A stretch of DNA of 62,184 bases, counting the filler, from Nitrospinota bacterium (GTDB taxonomy: Bacteria; JAUXIQ01), in NCBI GenBank assembly GCA_030620925.1. It is 11 parts of 11 records of this genome, joined end to end, with 100 filler letters (N's around TTAATTAATTAA, not from the genome) between each part and the next. Parts side by side here need not be neighbours in the genome. Positions count along the whole stretch, not along the records: positions 45,511 to 51,749 come from JAUXIQ010000127.1; positions 51,850 to 58,986 come from JAUXIQ010000097.1; 9 more parts are not named here. One strand, written 5' to 3'. The notes beneath the pieces are model-generated. The model was not told where the DNA came from, searched no databases, and saw nothing but the letters and a program-made list of their open reading frames with translations. Within the stretch, counting starts at the first letter, position 1. Every line of letters begins with the position of its first letter. Shown here piece after piece: positions 49,436 to 59,086 of the stretch. The translations under genes and the position numbers were made by a program.

Positions 49436-49660
49436 TCAAATCACTCAACTGCCGCCGTAGCCGATCAACACCTCATCCCCATCAACTATTACAGGGACAT
49501 CACGCTTGCCCCCGGAGAGCTCAAGCATCTTTTTCATCGCCTCACCGTCATTGCTGACGTCCAGGTACTCCACATGAGCCCCCTTTTCCCCGTAATCCTT
49601 ACGGGCTGCATAAGTAAAGTGTCAGGTGTCCATCCCGTAAATCGTTACCTTGTCGGTCAT
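49436..49660 (-). CDS. UXX-star glutaredoxin-like selenoprotein, 74 aa with two Sec (absent from ORF track)
   Basis: GGAGGAGG RBS; MTDKVTIYGMDT-U-HFT...RDVPVIV..DEVLIGYGGS-U-VI*; hairpin after each UGA. Confidence 0.85.
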
Positions 49661-49716
49661 AAATTCCTCCTCCCTTTCGTACGGCTGATCTCAAATTGTG
49701 TTCCGGGCATAACCCC

Positions 49717-50211
49717 CTATGATGTGGATTTACTTATATACTCCACCTTTACAGCTACTTCTCTCTCCTTCTGCAATTCTGACAGCTTTTTCTTAAGCCA
49801 TCCCCTATGCTTAATCTCGTCTATCAACTGCGACGCGAAGAGCAGCAGAGTATCCTCATCATACTTCATCTCCCCCACCAACCGGCTGTATTCCCTTACC
49901 GCTTGCTCCTCCTCCGCCAGCTCCGCCTTCAACATCGCGACTACATCCCCTCCGGATGAAATCCCCGCGGCCCGGCCCACCGTAACGGCCCTGGCGGCCT
50001 CCCTGGGGAGATCGCCGCCTAAAGCTTTGATGCGCAGCATAAATTTTTCAGCATGCTCCTTTTCCACCTCTAGAATCGCTTTCACACCCCGCGCGATCGC
50101 CTCCTCCTCAATAACATCCGCGTGAGCGGCGTATAATTCAACGGAGCTCAGCTCAGCCAGAAGCAAGCTCCGGAGCACTCCAATAAGTTCTTCCCTGATC
50201 ATTACACCCAC
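49717..50211 (-). CDS. Ferritin-like diiron domain protein
   Basis: AELSSVELY, EKEH, EEQAVREY, DEIKH. Confidence 0.8.
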   Translation of the reverse strand: MGVMIREELIGVLRSLLLAELSSVELYAAHADVIEEEAIARGVKAILEVEKEHAEKFMLRIKALGGDLPREAARAVTVGRAAGISSGGDVVAMLKAELAEEEQAVREYSRLVGEMKYDEDTLLLFASQLIDEIKHRGWLKKKLSELQKEREVAVKVEYISKSTS

Positions 50212-50397
50212 CTTTCACCGATCGCCTGAATACTCGAATCGGCCATAAGAACCTGACCATTTAAAACAAGAGCAATCCTCTCTCATTTAGTCTATCGCTT
50301 AAAGAAAAAAGATCAACCTCTTGCTCCATCGACATGTTCAAACGGTTTCAGACCTTGCATCGGAAAGGTGAGGCTTCCAGCGACGGAGGAGCGGGTT

Positions 50398-51135
50398 TTA
50401 TTCCTCACTACGCCCGTGCGGACAGATATAGACGCACAGGCCGCAATTGGACCCGGCGGCGAGCTTGCTCATGACAGTGTTATGGCGATGCTTGTTATAA
50501 TCGGAGCAAACATGTGCATCGAACCGTTTTTCCCTCGGTTCGAGAGGATCGAAATCCACGCCGGTGAAGGCCGAGACGGGGCATATTTCAACGCACTCAG
50601 TGCAATCACCACATCGCCGTTCCATCGGCTTGCCCGGCTCGAGAGGCGCATCGGTCAGCACCGTGGCCCATCTTGCGCGGGGGCCGGCCTCCGGGGTTAC
50701 CAGAAGAACGCTCTTGCCTATCCATCCCAACCCCGATAAATGAGCGGCAATCTTGTTGGAAATCATTCCGCTCAGACCGTCCGCATCCATGGACTGAGAA
50801 GCATGAATGGGATGGGCTTGATATCCAGCCGCTTGCAGCATCTTTGTCATTTGAAGGGCTACGCTGTCCAAAAAGCGGTTGGTAATCTCGTAGATGTGCC
50901 ACTGGTAGCTCCTGACCAGCCTTTCATTACCGTGATCACTTATCTGGTCCACAATCGCATCGGACAGGCGTGAGCCGAGCGAGACGGCGCGCGGGAAGGT
51001 CCTCAAAAACTCCCCGCCCAGTCGGGCCATGTGATCGTGGGCGGAGGTAACATCGGCGGCTCCAAAATACTCTATGCCCGAGCCCCGGGCGGTGCGCTCC
51101 AGCTCACCCTGCAGCCCTTCGACGTCTTTAGACAT
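50398..51135 (-). CDS. 4Fe-4S double-cluster protein (QueG/reductive dehalogenase-like)
   Basis: GLGWIGKS, GPR, CGDCTECVEICP, CGLCVYICP. Confidence 0.82.
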   Translation of the reverse strand: MSKDVEGLQGELERTARGSGIEYFGAADVTSAHDHMARLGGEFLRTFPRAVSLGSRLSDAIVDQISDHGNERLVRSYQWHIYEITNRFLDSVALQMTKMLQAAGYQAHPIHASQSMDADGLSGMISNKIAAHLSGLGWIGKSVLLVTPEAGPRARWATVLTDAPLEPGKPMERRCGDCTECVEICPVSAFTGVDFDPLEPREKRFDAHVCSDYNKHRHNTVMSKLAAGSNCGLCVYICPHGRSEE

Positions 51136-51199
51136 ACAACTCCCCTCCCTTTAAAATATTTCATATATGGTAACCGACAGGCGACTATTAAAGCACCGC

Positions 51200-51749
51200 T
51201 CAAAGGGTGCTCAGCGAGCGTCCGAAGGCGTTATCACCCCTCAATATCTCCTCTGCTCCGGTAACTATTTCATCGATCAGCTCTTTCGACGTCTTTATCC
51301 TGTCTATCATACCCACTGCCATGGAACCCAGCCAGGCGTTGCCTCCCGACTGACCGGCTTTGATTCTCTCTCCCCTTCTGATTGAATCGTCTCGCTCAGG
51401 TGTCGGCGGCTGGAATACACGCTCTATTGTCTCCGGATCGAAGGGGTCGGCCTCCACCAGCAGATGCTTACCCCTCTCAGACCAGGGACATTCCTCCAGG
51501 GCCATGGTGGCGGTACCCAGATAGACTCCCTCCGCACCCATGGCCAGGGCGGCCAGGAAACCCCGGGCGTCTCCGATGCCGCCGGCGGCGATGAAGGGGA
51601 TGTCAAGCAGGCGGTTGGCCATGACCATATTGATGAGGGTGGTGTTCTGGAACTTGTTCTTCTGGCCCACCCCCTCCACGCCCACTATGATTACTGCATC
51701 CGCCCCCTGACTTTGGGCCGCCAGGGCGTGCTTCATGGTGGCGATCTTG
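51200..51749 (-). CDS. Nitronate monooxygenase/FabK-family flavoprotein (5'-truncated)
   Basis: GADAVI, PFIAAGGIGDARG..AALAMGAEGV. Confidence 0.85.
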
Positions 51750-51849
51750 NNNNNNNNNNNNNNNNNNNNNNNNNNNNNNNNNNNNNNNNNNNNTTAATTA
51801 ATTAANNNNNNNNNNNNNNNNNNNNNNNNNNNNNNNNNNNNNNNNNNNN

Positions 51850-51991
51850 CCCCCCGTGGTTACCCATTATGGGCGTTTTTATTACGTGGGCAGGCACAGG
51901 GGCCTGCCCCTACGAACACCCCACCACCAAGTATCAACGTAGGGGCGGGTTTCAAACCCGCCCTGCTGGGGCGTATGCAATACGCCTCTAC
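51850..51991. repeat. REP/REPIN cluster
   Basis: GGGCAGGCACAGGGGCCTGCCCCTAC, GTAGGGGCGGGTTTCAAACCCGCCC, GGGGCGTATGCAATACGCCTCTAC. Confidence 0.85.
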
Positions 51992-52225
51992 AAAACCATC
52001 CACCGGTGTCTACTTGGTCACGCATGTCCCGCCATGGCGGGATCCCGAACCCCGTCACTTGCGGCGGGGGTACTCAATTTCTACCAAAAAAATAAAAATT
52101 TATGGCCCTTTCAGGGTATAACTCTATTGTTTTAGGGTATATTGACTTATCCGTTATCGGTAATAACCATTAGTTTAACGAAAGAGCCCTTATCAATTAA
52201 GGAAATTCCAAAAGGAGAGCGACCG

Positions 52226-52816
52226 ATGATAAAATTCAACGGAGTTAACCATTTAGCGATGGCAACGGGAAATATGGACGAGACAATCCGCTTCTGGAGA
52301 GACCTGCTGGGCATGAGATTGGTTGCCGGAGTGGGGCGGCCCGGATACAGGCACTATTTTTTCGAAATCTCAGAAAACGATCTCATAGCTTTCTTCGAGT
52401 GGACGGATGTGGAGCCGGTCGCTAAAAAGGAGCACGGCCGGCCGGTTGAAGGCCCCTTCATCTTCGACCACGTCTCCTTCGGCGTGGAAACTGAAGACGG
52501 CCTCTGGGAGTTGAAGGATAAACTTACCGCCGCGGGGTTTTCGGTGTCTGACGTCATAGACCACGGCTTCATCCACTCCATCTACGCCCACGATCCCAAC
52601 GGCATCCCCATCGAATTCAGCCACAACGTGGAGGGCGTTGATATTCGCAAGGAGCCGGCCATGGTCGATTCAGACCCTTCGGATGTATCCAGAGAAGGCA
52701 GTGAGCCGCTGTTTGACAAGTGGCTGCAGGTGGAAAAGCAGACGCCGCAGGAGGAACGAGTCGTCTACCCCGGGGCGGGGAGCGAGCTGTATCAGGGGAA
52801 AAAAGAGGCCGGTTAG
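52226..52816 (+). CDS. VOC/glyoxalase-family protein
   Basis: GVNHLAM, HYFF, DHVSF, SIYAHDPNGIPIEF. Confidence 0.88.
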   Translation: MIKFNGVNHLAMATGNMDETIRFWRDLLGMRLVAGVGRPGYRHYFFEISENDLIAFFEWTDVEPVAKKEHGRPVEGPFIFDHVSFGVETEDGLWELKDKLTAAGFSVSDVIDHGFIHSIYAHDPNGIPIEFSHNVEGVDIRKEPAMVDSDPSDVSREGSEPLFDKWLQVEKQTPQEERVVYPGAGSELYQGKKEAG

Positions 52817-52895
52817 GTTGAGTAAGCTGGGTTTTTCTTAAAGGGAAATGTGATTATCCAAGATGGTAATCCAGATTCAAAAGGGGGAAATTGCC

Positions 52896-53465
52896 ATGGG
52901 GAACAAGATCGAATGGGAAACGGATTTGTATAGGGCCTTGACTAAGGCAAGGAGCGAGGAAAAACAGGTATTGCTCGATTTCTTCAACCAGGGTTGAATC
53001 GGCTGTCAACAGATGGATGCAGTTACGTATCCAGACACCAAAGTTATCCAAACCGTTGAAAAGTATGCGGTTCCATTACGTGTGCTATTTGATGCTCAAC
53101 CCATTTCCACCGATTTTAACATTAAATGGACCCCGACCCTGATAACGCTCGATTCTGAGGGCAAGGAACATCACAGGACTGTCGGTTTCCTCGCCCCTGA
53201 AGAGTTTGTTCCCTCGTTGCTGCTGGGCATCGGAAAGACTCATTTCGAGAGGGAGCAATTCGGAGAAGCGCTCACAAGTTTTGAGGGGCTTTTAACCGAT
53301 TATCACGAGAGTGACTCAGCGGCCGAGGGTATCTACCTGTGCGGTGTCAGTAAGTACAAAAGCACTGGTGACCCCTCACCGTTAAAGGAAACTTACGAAA
53401 AGCTCCAGGCAGAATATCCATCGAGTGAGTGGACCAAACGGGCGTATCCCTATCGGCTCTTATAG
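52896..53465 (+). CDS. Thioredoxin-fold + TPR selenoprotein with UxxC motif (189 aa)
   Basis: MGNKIEW...VLLDFFNQG-U-IGC-QQMDAVTYP...WTPT; UGA at 52995-52997 is in frame with ORF 53013-53465. Confidence 0.85.
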
Positions 53466-53525
53466 CGAATAGATTGATACAGAACTTTGCCGGGGACCGG
53501 TTTTAAAGATGGTCAGGGGGTAGCG

Positions 53526-54437
53526 CTATTCTTCGGCCAGGACACTGGCTTCGAAATCAGCCATATCCTCAAGGACGGTTATGAGGGCCGACATGTCCAG
53601 GTTGCCTTTGCCCGTAGCCTTCATTGACGTCATCAATTGATACACGGTGCTGCCGGCGGGGAGAGGCAGGTCTGCCTGAGAAGCCATGTCCAGAATGATG
53701 CGCAGCGTCTTGTGAGCGTTGCTGAGCTTTGCCGAGGGGGGTTTGAAGCGTCGTTGGAGTATGCGTTCCGAAAATCCGTTCATGACGTTGGAGTTGAAGC
53801 TTCCGGCGTTGAGCGCTTCTATCATCTTCTCAGGTTCAAGGCCCGATTTCATACCCAATATCAGCCCTTCACAGAGAGCTTGCAGGTTGATATACGCCAT
53901 CAGGTTGTTCACCATCTTAAGCGTAAGGCCGCAGCCGGTAGGCCCTATGTAGAAGAGCTTGTCCCCCAGTATCTTCAGTATGGGGAGGCATTCCTTGAAA
54001 AGAGTTTCTTTTCCGCCCACAAAAATGGCCAGCGTGCCTTCCCTGGCCCCTTTCTCTCCGCCGGTGAGCCCTGCGTCGAGCATTCTCACCCCCTTATTCC
54101 TGGCTTTCTCAGCTACCTGTTGGATAACGAGGGGTGAAATATTGGAGGTAACTATAACCGTGAGACCTTCCCTTGCGCCTTCGATAACGCCGCTCTTTCC
54201 CAGCATCACTTCTTCAACGTCGGGCGAATCGGGCACAGCGATAAAAATGATGTCCGTTTTCTTGGCTACCTCACAGGGGCTTTCAGACGCAGTAACCCCC
54301 AATTTTATCAGTTTTTTCATGGGGGCCGGTCTTATGTCGTAGACTGTTGGAGAATATCCCGCCGAAAGAAGTTTGCGGGCTATGGCGCTGCCCATAATGC
54401 CTACACCGATGACACCGAGCTTTAAGTCATTTTTCAT
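53526..54437 (-). CDS. Beta-hydroxyacid dehydrogenase (3-hydroxyisobutyrate/tartronate semialdehyde reductase family)
   Basis: IGVGIMG, DAGLTGG, KMVNN. Confidence 0.88.
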   Translation of the reverse strand: MKNDLKLGVIGVGIMGSAIARKLLSAGYSPTVYDIRPAPMKKLIKLGVTASESPCEVAKKTDIIFIAVPDSPDVEEVMLGKSGVIEGAREGLTVIVTSNISPLVIQQVAEKARNKGVRMLDAGLTGGEKGAREGTLAIFVGGKETLFKECLPILKILGDKLFYIGPTGCGLTLKMVNNLMAYINLQALCEGLILGMKSGLEPEKMIEALNAGSFNSNVMNGFSERILQRRFKPPSAKLSNAHKTLRIILDMASQADLPLPAGSTVYQLMTSMKATGKGNLDMSALITVLEDMADFEASVLAEE

Positions 54438-54567
54438 GGCTTAGCTCCGATAGGTTATTAAGCCCGATCCTGCTCGTGGTCCTCAGCAGCGGACCACCTA
54501 GCATCGTGTTTATTGGCAGGGGGGTACAATTATTCTTACTATTTTTATCGGAGTTTGCCTGAATTTC

Positions 54568-55728
54568 TTAATCGTTAAAAATGCAGGTCAGCCTGCCCTT
54601 TTGTAAATTTTCAAGGCAGCCGTTGCAGGATACGCATTTAGCCGGCTCCTGATCTCCCTCCCGAAATCGTTCCACAAGGTGTGGCTCTCGTATGAAGGGG
54701 CGGCACAGCGCGACGCAGTCGGCGACGCCCTCTTCAACGACGCGCTCCATAATGTCGAAACTTCGCAAACCTCCTACCAGGAAAAGGGGTATCTTCACCT
54801 CTTTCCTGACTTCCCTGGCCGAATCCAGGTAATATGCCTCTTTTTCGCGGGTATCCACGCCGGTCCTGATGTGATGGGCAGCTTCCTGCTCCACGCCCTC
54901 GGAGACTTCTATTGCGTCCATACCTACCTGGGCAAGTCGCTTCGCCATCTGAACGCCTTCGGGAAGAGGGAGACCATCCTTTATCTGATCCTCGGCTCCC
55001 ATCTTTATCATCACCGGGTAATCCTGGCCCACGGAATCTCTCACCGCCTCGTAGCAGGAAAGGATGAAGCGCATGCGGTTCTCGAGAGGCCCGCCCCATT
55101 CATCGGAGCGGCGATTGGCGGCCGGGGATGCGAACTCGGAGATGAGGTAGCCGTGGCCTCCGTGGAACTGCACCCCGTCGAAACCCGCCGCACGCACTCT
55201 GCGCGCCGCCAGGGCATAAGCCTCGATCACCTGCTGGATCTGTTCTTCGGTCATCTCCAGGGCTTCCATGGGGGTGGTGTGAGCCTTATATTCAGGTGTG
55301 CCCTTCTCGGTGTGGATTATTTCCTTGGTGCCCTCGAATGATACCCATTCCTTCTTCGTACCAGAGGGGGCCAACGTCTGAATGCCCTTTTGTCTTCCCA
55401 CGGCGGATTGCGAGCCGGAATCGCCTATTTGCAGCACTACTTTGGAATCGTAGCGGTGCACCGCCTCCGTTACGCGTTTCATGCCGTCTATGAACCGGTC
55501 GTCGTAGATGGCGTTCTGGTCGGGAACGGCCTGGCCGGTGGGCGTCACGTATGCGAAACCGACAATTATGAGGCCCACTTCCCCTTTTGCCAGGTCGGCG
55601 AGGAATTCCACCGACTCGTCGGTGATCTGGCCGTCAACGGTGGAAAAACCGTCGTGCGTCGCCGAGCGCACGAACCGGTTGGGTATCTCCATTCCGGCGA
55701 TGTTTATCGGCTCAAAAAGTATAGACAT
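54568..55728 (-). CDS. NADH:flavin oxidoreductase (Old Yellow Enzyme family)
   Basis: LFEP..NRFVRSAT, GFDGVQFHGGHGYL, NRRSDEWGG, CVSCNGC. Confidence 0.9.
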   Translation of the reverse strand: MSILFEPINIAGMEIPNRFVRSATHDGFSTVDGQITDESVEFLADLAKGEVGLIIVGFAYVTPTGQAVPDQNAIYDDRFIDGMKRVTEAVHRYDSKVVLQIGDSGSQSAVGRQKGIQTLAPSGTKKEWVSFEGTKEIIHTEKGTPEYKAHTTPMEALEMTEEQIQQVIEAYALAARRVRAAGFDGVQFHGGHGYLISEFASPAANRRSDEWGGPLENRMRFILSCYEAVRDSVGQDYPVMIKMGAEDQIKDGLPLPEGVQMAKRLAQVGMDAIEVSEGVEQEAAHHIRTGVDTREKEAYYLDSAREVRKEVKIPLFLVGGLRSFDIMERVVEEGVADCVALCRPFIREPHLVERFREGDQEPAKCVSCNGCLENLQKGRLTCIFND

Positions 55729-55741
55729 TTTTCCCTCCCCC

Positions 55742-56548
55742 TTATCCGTCTTCGCTGTCGTTGATGAACTCTTTAATGGCGCCGAAATAGTCTTCCACAC
55801 CCCGGTGGAGGATGTCGTTATGATCGGCGCCGGGGATTATCAGGAGCCGCTTATTGGCGGCCGCGCTCTTTTTGTGTAAGGTCCTTCCGTGGTCGACGGG
55901 AACCAGGGAGTCCAGCTCGCCGTGAATTATGAGGGTCGGTATCTTTATGGTCGAAATCTTATTGAGGTTGGAGAACCGCTCGAATAGTTCTACAGGCAGG
56001 TCGTCGAAAAAAGCACTGAACATCTGCATCAGCCTGGTGGATTCGGCGAAGCTGCTTTCCAGTATCAGCCCCTTGATACTTTCCTGGTGGTGATAGGCCA
56101 GCTCCACCACGGAAGCGCCTCCCAGCGACCGCCCCATCAGATACAGCTTCTCTGAATAACCCAGGTGTTTCAGCAGATGGGGCAGGGACTGGTAGATGGT
56201 ATGCGCGTCCTTATACATGGCGGAGATGGTGGGATCGCCCGTGCTCAAGCCGTAGCCCCGGTAATCAGCCACGAACAGGTTGGCTCCGATTTTGTTGTAG
56301 AGTGGGCCCAGGCCGTCGTGATCGCCCACGGTCTCGCCGTTGCCGTGGAAATAGAGTATGGTGGGCGAAGCCTTATCGACGGTGTAGAAGCGGCAGCCTA
56401 TCTCCACGCCGTCTCCTACGGGGATGAAATGGTCGGAAATATTGGGATCAGAAGGGGCCCCACTGAAATCTCTTCTCGGATAAAAGATGATGGAGAGGAT
56501 TTCAGGCCGGTCAAGGGCCGAATAGTCCAGTTCATGCGTCATGAGCAC
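55742..56548 (-). CDS. Alpha/beta hydrolase
   Basis: FHGNGE, DYRGYG, GRSLG, HGELD, ADHND. Confidence 0.9.
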   Translation of the reverse strand: MLMTHELDYSALDRPEILSIIFYPRRDFSGAPSDPNISDHFIPVGDGVEIGCRFYTVDKASPTILYFHGNGETVGDHDGLGPLYNKIGANLFVADYRGYGLSTGDPTISAMYKDAHTIYQSLPHLLKHLGYSEKLYLMGRSLGGASVVELAYHHQESIKGLILESSFAESTRLMQMFSAFFDDLPVELFERFSNLNKISTIKIPTLIIHGELDSLVPVDHGRTLHKKSAAANKRLLIIPGADHNDILHRGVEDYFGAIKEFINDSEDG

Positions 56549-56584
56549 CCCTTCTTAGCCGGTTTTGCCTGATTATCTTAAGAG

Positions 56585-56618
56585 AAAAAAACAGGGGGCG
56601 GCAGCTTGACCGCCCCCT
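56585..56618 (-). terminator. Rho-independent terminator after the SDR gene
   Basis: GGGGGCGG/CCGCCCCC stem with T-run on the minus strand. Confidence 0.7.
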
Positions 56619-56631
56619 CTGATATTTTTCA

Positions 56632-57432
56632 TCAACCGACCATGCTGTAACCGCCGCTCACGCTCACCACCTGGCCCGTAATATGCCCTGCCACCAATTC
56701 GGAGGACAGGAAGACCACGGTGTTCGCAACGTCCTGGGGCTTGCCGATCTTCCGCAGCGGATAGGCCCTCTTGATCTTCTCAAGCTGGTCGTCATCGAAA
56801 CCTATCTGCCTGTCCGCCCACATGCTCTGTTCGCCCACGTCCTCTGAGCTGCCGGGAATGGTCACACCGGGGCAAACGGCGTTGCAGCGAACGCCGAACT
56901 TGCCGTTTTCGCGGGCGATGGTCTTCATGAAGCTGTTGATGGCCGCTTTGCAGCCGCCGTAGACCGCTTCCCGGAACTCGCCCATCCGGCTGGCGTCTGA
57001 GCTCATACTGACGATGGAGCCACCATTGTTGTCTATGTAGTGGGTGAGGATGGCTTTGGTGCAGTTGAGCGCTCCTTTGTAGTTGATGCTGATGATCTTA
57101 TCCCAGAAGTCGGGCGTGGTTTCGGTGAAGAGCATGAGTTGGTCCCAGCCGACGTTATTCACCAGGGCGCTCACTCGACCGAACTCATCGATGGCTTTCT
57201 GTATCATGGCCGAGACGCTGTCCAGGTCGGTGACGTCGCACTGCGTAACGATGGTCTTACCGCCTGCTTTTAAGGCGTCGGCCTCTTTGGCCACCTTCTC
57301 GCCCTGGGAGGGGTCTATCTCAGCGATAACCACGTTGGCCCCTTCGCCGGCGAAGGTTAGGGAAATCGCCCGCCCGATGTTGGAGCCCCCACCGGTGACT
57401 ATAACCGCTTTGTCTTTATAACCGAGGTCCAT
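56632..57432 (-). CDS. Short-chain dehydrogenase/reductase (BadH-like)
   Basis: TGGGSNIG, NNVGWD, SSDA, YGGCK. Confidence 0.88.
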   Translation of the reverse strand: MDLGYKDKAVIVTGGGSNIGRAISLTFAGEGANVVIAEIDPSQGEKVAKEADALKAGGKTIVTQCDVTDLDSVSAMIQKAIDEFGRVSALVNNVGWDQLMLFTETTPDFWDKIISINYKGALNCTKAILTHYIDNNGGSIVSMSSDASRMGEFREAVYGGCKAAINSFMKTIARENGKFGVRCNAVCPGVTIPGSSEDVGEQSMWADRQIGFDDDQLEKIKRAYPLRKIGKPQDVANTVVFLSSELVAGHITGQVVSVSGGYSMVG

Positions 57433-57626
57433 TTTCTGTCCTCCTTTGCTGAGAAGTAAAAAAATTACATCCAAAGTTTAAAGGTTTAAAAGCGGTGCGA
57501 AATCAAAATGGTAAGTAGCGACAATCGTCCCGATTTTAATTCAGTGGCGGCTCCATTGCAAGCAGTTTCATTAATCATTGTGGTACCCGGAAGCCTCTAC
57601 GCGGTTTGGTAAAAGCTGTGGCCATC

Positions 57627-57655
57627 GTAAGGGCGGGTTTGAAACCCGCCCCTAC
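57627..57655. repeat. GTAG-family REP
   Basis: GGGCGGGTTTGAAACCCGCCCCTAC. Confidence 0.8.
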
Positions 57656-57700
57656 CACCTTGTGGTTATTCATATATAATAGATGGAGAAAGGAGGTAAT

Positions 57701-58453
57701 ATGGAACTGATAATCCTGGGGTCGGGGACGGCGGTGCCTTCCGCACGGCGGGGCGCTTCGGGCCTGGTGATAGTGGTAGGGGATGAACCCGTCCTTTTCG
57801 ACAGCGGGCCGGGCACGCTGCAGCGCCTCGCCGGAGCGGGCGTAGACTGCCGCCGTCTGGAGAGGGTCTTCTACACTCACCTGCATCCGGACCACACTGC
57901 GGAGCTTGTCCCCCTGCTTTTTCTCTTCAGGAACCCTGATTACCTCCGGGATAAGGACCTCACTATAACCGGCCCCACCGGGTTTGAAGAATTTTACCGC
58001 AAGCTTCATGATACCTACGGCAGATGGGCGGCCGCCGAGGGGTATGAGCTTCGGATTAAAGAGGTGTTGAACAGCGAGCTGGATGCGGGAGGGTACAGGG
58101 TGAAGTCCAGAGAAGTGCTCCACACCGAGTACAGCGTTGGTTATCGCCTCGAAGATAGCAGCGGCTCTTCCATAGCTTATTCGGGGGATACAGCTTATTG
58201 CCGGGGAATAGTGGAATTGGGCGCGGGTGCGGATATACTGGTTCTCGAATGTTCATTTCCCGACGGAGTGAAATCGGCGGACCATCTGACCCCTTCCGGC
58301 GCGGGGCGTATAGCCACAGAAACCGGCTGCGAACTGCTGGTGCTCACCCACTTTTATCCACAGTGCGAGAACACGGATATTCTGGCGCAGGTGCGGGAGA
58401 CATATAAAGGTGAGGTGGTGATGGCCGAAGACCAGATGCGCCTCAAAGTTTAA
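57701..58453 (+). CDS. Ribonuclease Z-like MBL-fold hydrolase
   Basis: LGSGT, THLHPDH, YSGDT, LTHFYP. Confidence 0.88.
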   Translation: MELIILGSGTAVPSARRGASGLVIVVGDEPVLFDSGPGTLQRLAGAGVDCRRLERVFYTHLHPDHTAELVPLLFLFRNPDYLRDKDLTITGPTGFEEFYRKLHDTYGRWAAAEGYELRIKEVLNSELDAGGYRVKSREVLHTEYSVGYRLEDSSGSSIAYSGDTAYCRGIVELGAGADILVLECSFPDGVKSADHLTPSGAGRIATETGCELLVLTHFYPQCENTDILAQVRETYKGEVVMAEDQMRLKV

Positions 58454-58486
58454 TGCTGAGTTTAATCGCTATACGGAATTATAATC

Positions 58487-58581
58487 GTAGGGGCAGGCCC
58501 CTGTGCCTGCCCAAATAATAAAAACGCCCATGATGGGCAACCATGTGCCCATAAAGGGCAACCACGGGGGGTTGCCCCTAC
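58487..58581. repeat. REPIN (inverted REP pair), reverse-complement relative of 51850-51915
   Basis: GTAGGGGCAGGCCCCTGTGCCTGCCC...GGGCAACCACGGGGGGTTGCCCCTAC. Confidence 0.85.
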
Positions 58582-58602
58582 GGAGTTGTTGTTCATCAAT
58601 AG

Positions 58603-58986
58603 TTATACCTCATCGGCGCGTTTGAGGAGGCGTTCCCATTTCTTTTTCACCCGTTCCTCCACCTGGGTAATCTGCTCATCCGTCAGGTGGCGGAAACGGC
58701 CCTGCATCTCGAGGTATTCTTTGATGGGTTTCAGCTCTTCAGGTCGATGGTTCAGGGTGAAAACGCCTTCTTCTATCTCGAACAGCGGCCAGTAACCTGT
58801 CTGCACCGCCAGGCGGGCGACGTTTATCATCTGGTCTTCGGGGTATCCCCAGCCTGTGGGGCAGGTGTTCAATACCTCTATATATGAAAGCCCCCGCTTT
58901 TCCCGGCCCGTAATCTGGTGTGCCTTCTTGATTTTTCGCTTGAAATCTTTCATGTGGGAAACTGAGGCCTGGGCTATGTATGGGAG
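58603..58986 (-). CDS. 2-oxoacid:ferredoxin oxidoreductase beta subunit (C-terminal fragment)
   Basis: PYIAQAS, CPTGWG, AVQTGYWPLFE, YLEMQGRFRHL. Confidence 0.88.
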   Translation of the reverse strand, partial: LPYIAQASVSHMKDFKRKIKKAHQITGREKRGLSYIEVLNTCPTGWGYPEDQMINVARLAVQTGYWPLFEIEEGVFTLNHRPEELKPIKEYLEMQGRFRHLTDEQITQVEERVKKKWERLLKRADEV

Positions 58987-59086
58987 NNNNNNNNNNNNNN
59001 NNNNNNNNNNNNNNNNNNNNNNNNNNNNNNTTAATTAATTAANNNNNNNNNNNNNNNNNNNNNNNNNNNNNNNNNNNNNNNNNNNN

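Noticed and set aside
52048-52070. IS200/IS605-type end palindrome
   Set aside because: The hairpin is imperfect and no tnpA/tnpB is nearby; at most a remnant.
5418-59086. Recurrent TTAATTAATTAA motif within N runs
   Set aside because: Artificial contig linker; ORF ends at these sites and cross-spacer adjacencies are not biological.
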